Part shown: positions 1 through 7,607 of the stretch, one piece after another
How the letters are laid out: every line of letters starts with the position of its first letter
Numbering within the stretch: position 1 is the first letter of the stretch
NCBI GenBank assembly: GCA_014360685.1
Contig: JACIXB010000011.1
Coordinates: 195,261 to 259,260 of the forward strand
DNA from: Actinomycetota bacterium
GTDB taxonomy: Bacteria; Actinomycetota; Geothermincolia; Geothermincolales; RBG-13-55-18
Reading direction: 5' to 3'
DNA length: 64,000 bases
Made by a program: the position numbers and the translations under genes
Notes under the pieces: model-generated
Databases searched by the model: none
What the model was told of the DNA's origin: nothing
The model's input: only the letters and a program-made list of their open reading frames with translations

Positions 1-1
1 T

Positions 2-280
2 TACGAACCCTGCCTGGACCGGGTGGCCGCCGCGGGGCTGGCGGTGGAGGTGAGCACGGCGGGATTGAGCAAGCCGGTGGGAGAGATATATCCCGGCGAG
101 GAGTTCCTGCGCCTGTGCCGGAGGAGGGAAATACCGGTCACCCTCGGTTCCGACGCCCATTCCCCGGAGGAAGTGGGAAGGTTCTACGGGGCGGCGGTGG
201 AGCTCCTGCGGCGGGTGGGATACACGGAGATAGCCTTTTTCGAGCGCCGCAGGATGAGACTCGCCCCGTTGCCCGCCTGA
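2..280 (+). CDS. C-terminal fragment of a PHP-family (HisJ-like) histidinol-phosphatase-type hydrolase; the 5' end lies outside the window
   Basis: Frame 2 is open from the window edge to TGA at 278-280. The tail 'VTLGSDAHSPEEVG' resembles the last metal-binding motif of PHP phosphoesterases. ORF-track entry 23..280 is the same frame. Confidence 0.5.
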   Translation, partial: YEPCLDRVAAAGLAVEVSTAGLSKPVGEIYPGEEFLRLCRRREIPVTLGSDAHSPEEVGRFYGAAVELLRRVGYTEIAFFERRRMRLAPLPA

Positions 281-302
281 GCGGGAGCGAAACCGTAGTC
301 GC

Positions 303-677
303 TTACCTGGAAATTATATCCAGGGCCATCTTTTCCACCTGGTCCTTGGTGAAAGGCTTCTCCAGGTAGTCGTCCACCCCTTCCCTCTTCGCCTGGGCTA
401 TGGTCTGCGGGGAGGAATAGGCGGTCATGAGGATGATCTTCACGTGGGGGAACTCGCTTTTCACGATGCGGGCCAGCTCGATGCCGTCTATCTTGGGCAT
501 GCGGATGTCGGCCAGGATCACGTCGGGCGGGTCTTTCCTGACCATCTCCACCGCTTCCGCCCCGTCGCCGGCCTCCTCCACCCGGAAACCGGCGCGCTCC
601 AACCAGCGGGACACGAGGTGGCGCACGCCCTCGTTGTCATCCACGATGAGCAGCTTGGCTTCAGGCCTGTTTTCCAT
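303..677 (-). CDS. Stand-alone receiver-domain response regulator (CheY-like, no output domain)
   Basis: 'KLLIVDDNEGVR...DVILADIRMPKIDGIEL...KIILMTAY' shows the receiver DD/D/T/K pattern. Internal ATG at 677 (MENRPEAK) chosen over the ORF-track start at 743. It overlaps the kinase stop by 17 nt. Confidence 0.85.
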   Translation of the reverse strand: MENRPEAKLLIVDDNEGVRHLVSRWLERAGFRVEEAGDGAEAVEMVRKDPPDVILADIRMPKIDGIELARIVKSEFPHVKIILMTAYSSPQTIAQAKREGVDDYLEKPFTKDQVEKMALDIISR

Positions 678-2526
678 CACTGACTCCCCGAACCGGTAGC
701 TTGAGGGTGAATGCCGTTCCTTCCCCTTCCCGTGAGCGTACATCTATGCCTCCTCCGCTGTCCAGAAGGATCTTCTGGACGATGGACAACCCCAGGCCGG
801 TCCCCCCCTCCTTGGTGGTGAAGAAGGGATCGAAGATGGAGGGGAGGACGTCCGGGGGAATGCCGCACCCGGTGTCCTCCACGGTCATCTCCACGAAACC
901 GTTCCCGGTATCCCTGGCCCGAACGGTTACCGTGCCCCCGCCGGGCATGGCGTGGAAGGCGTTCTCCAGGAGGTTGAAAAGCACGTGCCGCAGGTTATCC
1001 CTGGTGAGCATGACCGGGGGCAGGCCGCCGGGAAGCTCCGGCACCACCTCCACGCCCTCCCTCCCGTTGGAGCGGAGGAAGTCGGAAATCAGGGCGGGTA
1101 TCTCCTCGCCCAAGAGGATGGAAGCTCCCTCGGCGACGGGGAGCGAGGAGCGGCTGAAGGAAAGCATCCCCGAGATCCACTGGTTGCTGAGGGTCGCTTC
1201 CCTGCGGATCATCTCCAAAAGCCGCTTCTTATCCGGGTCGTTCTCCCCCTCCTCCAGCTCGTCGGCCAGTCCTATGATGGCGAAGAGCGGGTTCTTGACT
1301 TCGTGGGCGATCTTGGCCGCCATCTGCCCCAGGATGGACAGGTGGTCCTGCTGGCGCAGCCTGCGCTCCATCTCCTTGACCTCGGTGACGTCCACGAAGA
1401 CCACCGCGGCGCCCATCATCTCCCCCTTGGCCCGGTGCAGGGGGAAGGCGTTGAAATCGAGGGTCATTCGCCGGCCCCCCGGGCCCTCGATGACCAGCTC
1501 GTGGTGGCGGAAGGTCCGCCCCTCCTCCAGGCACAGGCGGAGGATGGGCTGCAAGTAGGAGAGGGAGTGGAACTTCTCCCTCTCCCTTACCATGTCCCGG
1601 TAATTTATCCCCAGGACCTCCTTGGCCTGCAAACCCAGCATCTCCGAGGCCTCGCGGTTGAAGTAGATGACGTCTCCTTCGGCGTTGATGACCAGCACCC
1701 CCGCCAACATTTCCTGGATGAAGTGTTCGGTGTACTCCTGGGTGTCGGCCAGCCATTCCAGGGTCTTCTGGCTCTTCTTGTACAGCTCCACGTTGATCAT
1801 GGCCACCGCCAGTTCGTGTCCCAGGCTGGTAAGGAGGTCGATCTCCTCCGGCTTGTACTCGTGTTCTTCGCAGGTGGCGGTGACCGCCAGGCCAACCACC
1901 TGGCCCTTGGCCTTCAGGGGCATGATCACCTGGGACCGCGGGCTTCTCCCTCCGCTATAGGTCTCCGCGGCCCTTGGGTCCCGGGGGAGGTTGTCGCGGA
2001 TGGCGGTCTTGCCGGTGAGGAAGGCCTTGCCCACCGCTCCCTTGCCCACCGGTATCTTGAGGCCCCGCACCGCCTCCTCGCGGAATCCGCGGTGGGAGAG
2101 CACCTGGAGGTGCTTCCCCTCCTCGTCGGGCACCAGGACCACCCCGATGCTCGAATTGGTGAGGGCCAGCATGACTCCCAGGATGTTCTCCACCAGCTCC
2201 TTAAGGTCCAGAGTGGAGCTCACCGCGCTCACGGCGTCGGCCAGGATGCCGAAGCGCAGGTTGAGGTCGGTTATCTCCTCTATGTATTGCTTGTTCTGCT
2301 CGCGGTAGCGCCACCAGTCCCAGGCCAGGAAGACGCTCAATCCCGCCGCGCATGCCCCCAGCATGCCGCCGATGAGGTACCGGTAAGGCGGACCCATGAC
2401 CGTGGAGACCGCCATTATCCCGGCGGCGAGCACGGTCACGACCGCCGCCAGGAGAGCCGGTAGATACCTCTCCGGCGGGCGGCCTTCCTTGCCGCCGCCC
2501 GGGGCTTTCGGCCTTTCCCTTTTCAT
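661..2526 (-). CDS. Sensor histidine kinase (2 TM, GAF, PAS, HisKA, HATPase_c)
   Basis: N-terminal hydrophobic helices; GAF-like block; PAS-like 'GVLVINAEGDVIYFN'; H-box 'AHEVKNPL'; ATPase G-boxes 'DTGCGIP' and 'GGTGLGLSIV'. Confidence 0.9.
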   Translation of the reverse strand: MKRERPKAPGGGKEGRPPERYLPALLAAVVTVLAAGIMAVSTVMGPPYRYLIGGMLGACAAGLSVFLAWDWWRYREQNKQYIEEITDLNLRFGILADAVSAVSSTLDLKELVENILGVMLALTNSSIGVVLVPDEEGKHLQVLSHRGFREEAVRGLKIPVGKGAVGKAFLTGKTAIRDNLPRDPRAAETYSGGRSPRSQVIMPLKAKGQVVGLAVTATCEEHEYKPEEIDLLTSLGHELAVAMINVELYKKSQKTLEWLADTQEYTEHFIQEMLAGVLVINAEGDVIYFNREASEMLGLQAKEVLGINYRDMVREREKFHSLSYLQPILRLCLEEGRTFRHHELVIEGPGGRRMTLDFNAFPLHRAKGEMMGAAVVFVDVTEVKEMERRLRQQDHLSILGQMAAKIAHEVKNPLFAIIGLADELEEGENDPDKKRLLEMIRREATLSNQWISGMLSFSRSSLPVAEGASILLGEEIPALISDFLRSNGREGVEVVPELPGGLPPVMLTRDNLRHVLFNLLENAFHAMPGGGTVTVRARDTGNGFVEMTVEDTGCGIPPDVLPSIFDPFFTTKEGGTGLGLSIVQKILLDSGGGIDVRSREGEGTAFTLKLPVRGVSDGKQA

Positions 2527-2833
2527 CTCCTACCCCCGGATATCCAAGTCTCTTTATCGGCAGTTGGGCCTTCTTTCTTTGAGCATGTGGAGGGAAATGA
2601 CGAAGGAGCCGCGCGGCGGGCGATCATGTCCTCCCGAAACGGTACCCTTCTCCTTGAATGGGAGGTGAATATCGTTCTCGGCTCGGTCGGTCAATGCCCG
2701 GATGCCCTCGGTTTAAAGATGGGTTCCCCTGATACGGGAGGTAAACCATTTTCTCCTCAGCAGGCGGCGGAGGAGTATGCGCACCGGGCAAGGCGGGGAC
2801 ATGGATCTCGGGGGTCCCGCGCACGATAAGGGC

Positions 2834-4828
2834 TCAGAGGTGGTTGCTTAATTTTTCCAGCATCTCCTCGGGCTGCGGGGTGGAAAGATGGTAGTAAGCG
2901 GCTCCCATGGCCTCGGCGATGCGCCGGGCCTGGGTGGCGGCCCTTCCCTGTCTGAAGCCGGATTTCGAGGTATCCAGGACCACCCCTTGCAGGCCCTCGG
3001 AGCGGATCTTCTCCGCTATGGCCAGGCTTTCCCTCCAGGGGTCCTCGGAGGAGAGGGCCACGTTGCCGTAGCCGTCGGTTATGAGCACCAGCAGGGGCAC
3101 GAGGTCGGGATCGCGGCGCAGCTCCCGACGGGCCACCATGAAGCCCATGGCCAGGCCGTGGCTCAGGGGGGTGGCGCCGCCGGTGGCCAGTTCGCGTATG
3201 CGGAGGTTGGCCAGGTGCACGCTGGAGGTGGGGCTGAGCACCAGCTGGGCCTCGCGGTCGCGGAAGGTTATCAAGCCCACCCGGTCCCTCTTCTGGTAGG
3301 CGTCTATAAGCAAGCGCTGCACAACCTTCTTGGTGGACTCCATACGCTCCCGGCAACCCATGGAGGCGCTGGCGTCGAGAATGAAGAGGATGAGGTTTCC
3401 TACCTTGCGCTTGCGGATGGAGGCCCGGAGGTCTTCGCCGCGGATGTGGAAAGGTTCTCCGCTTCCCGCCGTCCTTCCCGCGGCGGCGCGAAGGGTGGCC
3501 TCCACAGCCAGGCTCCCGGTTCCCAGGTTCTCGTCCGGGCGGGGAAGTCGATGCCCCACTTTCCTGCCGTTGCCCGCTTCCGTGATCGCCGCGCTCCTCT
3601 TCCCGTTCCCCGTCCTCACCGAATTGGTGACCAGGGACTGGAGGGGAGGAACCCCCACCTCCGTTGAGGCCGCTTGAGAGGCCCTTTCCGCGGCCTGCTC
3701 CCGCGCCCCCGTTTGCGGGCCGTCTCCCGGGCACGGCGCCGGCACGCCTTCCTCCTCGGGAAGCGAGGCGTCCCGGATGGGGAGTTCCAGGGATTTCCCG
3801 CCCCGCCGGATGAGGCGGTCAAGGCGTTCCAGCTCCTTGAGTTGATCGTCGAAGGGAGTGCGGCGCAGGCGGTGGAGGAGGGCCATCACCGCGGCCTCCC
3901 GGACGTGGGTTTCCTCAACCGTTCCCTTCCCTTCCAGGGCGGCCATGGCCCGCGCCGCCTGGAAGGTGGCGATGTCCGCCCGGTGGCCGCATATCCCGAG
4001 TTCCACGCAGATGCGGGCGATGAGTTCCATCAGTTCCTCCGGGACTTCCACCGAAACGAGATGTTTCCGCGCCTCCACTATCCTCCGGCGCAGTTCATCC
4101 TGCTGCTTTTGGAAACGGGCTCGAAGAAGGTGAGGGTCCTCCAGGAAGAGCCGGCGCCTGCGCATTATCTCCACGCGCTTGGCCACGTCCTTTTCCCCGT
4201 TTACCTCCACGCAGAGGCCGAAGCGATCCTCGAGCTGGGGACGCAGCTCGCCCTCCTCGGGATTCATGGTCCCCACCATGATGAACCGCGCGGGGTGGGA
4301 AAAGGAGACTCCCTCCCGCTCCACCAAGTTGACCCCCATGGCCGCGGTGTCCAGGAGAAGGTCCACCAGGTGGTCCTCGAGGAGGTTGACCTCGTCCACG
4401 TAGAGGATGGCGCGGTTGGCGGCGGCCAGGATCCCGGGTTCGAATTCCTTCACCCCTTCCCGCATGGCCCTTTCCAGGTTCAAGGTACCCACCAGGCGGT
4501 CCTCGCTGGCATTGAGGGGTAGGGTGACCAGGCGCATGGGACGGCTGGCCACCGGGAGGGGTTCGCCCCTTTGCCAGCGGGTCAGGCAGGAGGAACACAT
4601 CTCCTCCTCGTTGTTGGGGTCGCAGGAGAAGGGGCAGTCGGCCACCACCTCCATCTCCGGGAGGATTTCCGCCAGGGCTCGGGCCGCGGTGGACTTCCCG
4701 GTTCCCCGCTCTCCCCTCACCAGAAGCCCACCGATGCTGGGGTCCACGGCGATGACCAGCAGGGCGAGCTTCAGCTTGTCCTGCCCCACGATGGCCGTGA
4801 AGGGGAAGAGGACTCGATCTTCCATCAT
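2834..4828 (-). CDS. ChlI/ChlD-type AAA+ ATPase fused to a C-terminal VWA domain (Mg/Co-chelatase I/D-like)
   Basis: 'FPFTAIVGQDKLKLALL', Walker A 'GERGTGKSTAARAL', Walker B 'ILYVDEVNLL', Pro/acid-rich linker, VWA MIDAS 'ILDASASMG'. Start ATG at 4828 (MMEDRVLFPF) preceded by AAAGGAAG. The ORF-track N-terminal extension to 5218 was rejected. Confidence 0.85.
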   Translation of the reverse strand: MMEDRVLFPFTAIVGQDKLKLALLVIAVDPSIGGLLVRGERGTGKSTAARALAEILPEMEVVADCPFSCDPNNEEEMCSSCLTRWQRGEPLPVASRPMRLVTLPLNASEDRLVGTLNLERAMREGVKEFEPGILAAANRAILYVDEVNLLEDHLVDLLLDTAAMGVNLVEREGVSFSHPARFIMVGTMNPEEGELRPQLEDRFGLCVEVNGEKDVAKRVEIMRRRRLFLEDPHLLRARFQKQQDELRRRIVEARKHLVSVEVPEELMELIARICVELGICGHRADIATFQAARAMAALEGKGTVEETHVREAAVMALLHRLRRTPFDDQLKELERLDRLIRRGGKSLELPIRDASLPEEEGVPAPCPGDGPQTGAREQAAERASQAASTEVGVPPLQSLVTNSVRTGNGKRSAAITEAGNGRKVGHRLPRPDENLGTGSLAVEATLRAAAGRTAGSGEPFHIRGEDLRASIRKRKVGNLILFILDASASMGCRERMESTKKVVQRLLIDAYQKRDRVGLITFRDREAQLVLSPTSSVHLANLRIRELATGGATPLSHGLAMGFMVARRELRRDPDLVPLLVLITDGYGNVALSSEDPWRESLAIAEKIRSEGLQGVVLDTSKSGFRQGRAATQARRIAEAMGAAYYHLSTPQPEEMLEKLSNHL

Positions 4829-4849
4829 GCCGACTTCCTTTCCTTTGGC

Positions 4850-4895
4850 TACAATATATAGAATAGAAAAATATAATTCAATACTATATATTGTA
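4850..4895. repeat. Perfect 12-bp inverted repeat (TACAATATATAG, 22-bp spacer, CTATATATTGTA) in an AT-rich island; candidate operator/promoter element
   Basis: Read directly: arms at 4850-4861 and 4884-4895. It lies 22 bp upstream of the chelatase-like gene start, in an otherwise GC-rich divergent intergenic region. Confidence 0.8.
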
Positions 4896-5250
4896 TATTC
4901 CCGCCCATACCTCCCAGTGGTGCCTGGAAACGGCTCCTTCTCCCGCAGCGGATGACGGAGGAGATTACCCGGCACCCATTTTCCGCCATCCCCGGCGAAA
5001 GCGAGTCTCGACCCCGGGGAGGGAAGGCTGGACGTGCGGTTGGCTCTTCCGGGTGCACCGCCCGCGAAGCGGGGACGGCGGGGGTACTCCGGGCCGGGGA
5101 AGGCCGGGGGGTCCTTTGCCAGCCTCGCCGGGGAGGGGAAAGGGTACGGGTTCGCCGCCGGGTTAAACAGCCTCCGGTGTGTGCCGATAACTTCACTGTC
5201 GGAAAGTCGGAGCGGCATGAAGGGCTGGTAGCCGGAGAGGAGGTCGGTCG

Positions 5251-5595
5251 ATGGAGATAGCGGTGTCCCGGCATGGCGACATGGGCGAGATCGCCGTGGT
5301 CAGGGTCTCCGGGGTGGTGGACTCCGAGACCGTGGAGAGTTTCGGCGAGGCGCTGGAAAAGGTGATGGGCGAGGGTTGCTACAACCTGGTCCTGGACATC
5401 GAGGGCCTGACCTACATAAACACGGCGGGGCTCAGCATCATCGCCGACGTCTTCAAGAAGTGCTCGCAGAACCGCGGCAGCCTCAAGATCCTTCGGGCCG
5501 CAGACCCCATCCGGGAGCTCCTGGACGTGGTGCGTTTCACCAAGATCATCGATATTTTCGAGGACGAAGGGGAGGCGCTGGCGAGCTTCAAGTGA
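5251..5595 (+). CDS. STAS-domain anti-sigma-factor antagonist (SpoIIAA/RsbV-like)
   Basis: 'VVRVSGVVDSETVESF...LVLDIEGLTYINTAGLSIIADV...LKILRA' is the typical STAS fold signature. GGAGAGGAGG lies upstream of the ATG. Confidence 0.85.
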   Translation: MEIAVSRHGDMGEIAVVRVSGVVDSETVESFGEALEKVMGEGCYNLVLDIEGLTYINTAGLSIIADVFKKCSQNRGSLKILRAADPIRELLDVVRFTKIIDIFEDEGEALASFK

Positions 5596-5627
5596 GCGCA
5601 CGGATGCTCGGGGGAGAAGGAGGAAGG

Positions 5628-7370
5628 ATGCCCGGAGGGCGGGAATCCCTGGCGGGAGAAGGCGGGCTTTTTCGCTTGGGAAAGTTCCTCGCTTCCACCT
5701 TGAGCCTGGAAAACCGGCTGGATCGGGTTCTCGAACAGGCCATGGAGCTCCTGGAGGCGGAGAGGGGAAGCATCTTGCTCCTCGAGGAGGATACCGGGGA
5801 ATTGGTGGTGAAAGCGGCCCGGGGCCTGGACGGTGGGCGGGACTTCCGTGTTCCCCTGGGACAGGGCATCTCCGGTTGGGTGGCCGAAAACGGCGAACCG
5901 CTGATCCTTCAGGACGCGGTGGCGGACCCTCGTTTCCAGGGCACGGATCCCTCGGTGAAGAGTGCCCTGGCCGTTCCCCTCCGGACCGGGGAGAGGATAA
6001 TCGGGGTCCTCAACGTCTCCAACTGCACCAGGACCCGCCGATTTGACCGGCGCGACCTCGAGCACCTGCTCTCCTTCGCGGACATGGCCGCGGTGGCCAT
6101 CGAGAACGCCCGCCTCTACCGGGAACTGAAGCGCAAACAGGAAAAAATTGGGAGAGAACTGCAACTGGCCAGCCGGATACAGCGTTCCATCGTATCCACC
6201 CACGTGCCCTGCGCCTCGGTGCGCCTGGTGTCCAGGTTGATGCCCGCCTCGGCGGTGGGGGGCGACTTCTTCAGCATCATTCCCCTGGCGAGGGACTCGC
6301 GCTTCTGCTTCTACTGTTCCACGGACATGCAGGACAGGTGCCAGAAGCTGCGTACCGAGTTCTGCCCCCAGAAATTCGGCCTGATGATCGGGGACGTGGC
6401 CAACAAGGGCCTTCCCGCCGCCCTGATCATGTCCGTGCTCACCACCGTGCTCTACGAGCTGGGGCGCCATCACGTTTCCCCGCGCACCATCTTGGACGAG
6501 GCCAACTCCGCTTTCCGCCGCTTCTTCTCCGAATCGCAGTACGGGTTCGCCACCCTCTTTTACGCCTTCTACGACAATAACGACAACACCCTGACTTACG
6601 TCAGGGCCGGTCACGAACCTCCCCTGCTCTGGAGGAAGGAGGACGGAAGGATAGAGGCGCTGGAGGGGGAGGGTTTCCCGGTGGGACTGATGGAAAAGGG
6701 CGGCTACCAGGAGAGGACGGTCAAGCTGAAAAAGGGAGACCGGGTTCTTTTTTATACCGACGGGCTGACCGGGTCGCTCAACGCGCGGGGAGAGGTGCTG
6801 GGGAGGAGGAAATTGGTGGAACTTTTGCGGGGGCGTGACGGGGAGGACATCGAGAGCTTCCTGGACGCCCTGGTCGACGAGATAATGCTCTTCGCCGGCG
6901 ATGCCCCCCAGCCCGATGACATCGCCGTCATGGTGCTCGAGCTGGAGGAGCTTTATGACCTCACCATGACGGTGGGAACGGACATCCGCCAGATCAGGTA
7001 CGTGATCGACAGCGTCCTCGAGACCCTCCACGGCTTCCGCGGCCTCAGCGACCCCCTCGTTCTCCGCCTTTGCCTGGAGGAGATCCTGCACAACGCCATG
7101 GAACACGGCAACCGCTGCGACCGCGCCAAGAAAGTGTACATAACCGTGAAGGCGGAGCCCGACCGGGCGGTGATCAGGGTGAGGGACGAGGGTGAGGGTT
7201 TCGACCATCGCGGGTTTGCTTCGAGAGAACCGGCCCCGGCGGAGGTCCTCTCGGAGAGGGGCAGAGGATTGATGATCGTGAGGCATTACGCCGACGAGCT
7301 GAGGTTCAACCGGGAGGGGAACGAGGTCACCCTGGTCTTCACGGCCCGTCGGCCCAACGGGCGGCGTTAA
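5628..7370 (+). CDS. GAF - PP2C (SpoIIE-type) phosphatase - HATPase_c (RsbW/SpoIIAB-like kinase) fusion protein
   Basis: GAF-like N-terminus; PP2C motifs 'GGDFF', 'IGDVANKG', 'YVRAGHEPP', 'LFYTDGL', 'DDIAVMVL'; C-terminal 'LEEILHNAMEHGN...VRDEGEGF...RGRGLMIV'. Start ambiguous: ATG 5628 has the best SD (AAGGAGG); ATG 5604 and GTG 5592 (overlapping the STAS stop) are alternatives. Confidence 0.85.
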   Translation: MPGGRESLAGEGGLFRLGKFLASTLSLENRLDRVLEQAMELLEAERGSILLLEEDTGELVVKAARGLDGGRDFRVPLGQGISGWVAENGEPLILQDAVADPRFQGTDPSVKSALAVPLRTGERIIGVLNVSNCTRTRRFDRRDLEHLLSFADMAAVAIENARLYRELKRKQEKIGRELQLASRIQRSIVSTHVPCASVRLVSRLMPASAVGGDFFSIIPLARDSRFCFYCSTDMQDRCQKLRTEFCPQKFGLMIGDVANKGLPAALIMSVLTTVLYELGRHHVSPRTILDEANSAFRRFFSESQYGFATLFYAFYDNNDNTLTYVRAGHEPPLLWRKEDGRIEALEGEGFPVGLMEKGGYQERTVKLKKGDRVLFYTDGLTGSLNARGEVLGRRKLVELLRGRDGEDIESFLDALVDEIMLFAGDAPQPDDIAVMVLELEELYDLTMTVGTDIRQIRYVIDSVLETLHGFRGLSDPLVLRLCLEEILHNAMEHGNRCDRAKKVYITVKAEPDRAVIRVRDEGEGFDHRGFASREPAPAEVLSERGRGLMIVRHYADELRFNREGNEVTLVFTARRPNGRR

Positions 7371-7607
7371 ATCCGGCGGTTAACCCCTGCGGTCCCCGCG
7401 GCCCCCGTCCAATCCGCGTTGGGTTTTCCGAGCGCGGAGGCTCCCGGGGAGACCCGCCTTGCGGGAAGGCGGGACGGCGAAACGGGAAGCCGGTTTCGCG
7501 CCGGAAAGAGCGGTTTCGGTTTGCTTCGTTTTCGATCCGGGGGAAGGTTATGTTATCATCTTCACTGAATTGTTTTGTAAAGAGAAGACTTGGGATGTGA
7601 AGCGGAG

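Noticed and set aside
952-2463. 503-aa plus-strand ORF (and other alternative-frame ORFs between 677 and 2526)
   Set aside because: It overlaps the histidine kinase on the opposite strand. The kinase frame has H-box and G-box motifs, whereas this frame has none.
4896-5230. Possible cobalamin riboswitch on the minus strand upstream of the chelatase-like gene
   Set aside because: The minus strand reads 'GGGUGCCGGGUAAUCUCC...GCACCACUGGGAGG', vaguely like the GGUG..AAUCC and GCCACUG blocks. The spacing is wrong, the core is not exact, and I find no B12-box (AGCCAGGAGACCUGCC-like). Not reportable without a covariance-model hit.
5412-7286. 624-aa ORF on the minus strand
   Set aside because: It is exactly antisense to the well-supported GAF-PP2C-HATPase gene. 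Its translation is dominated by G/P/R/H/V low complexity typical of off-frame reading in GC-rich DNA, and it has no recognisable motifs.
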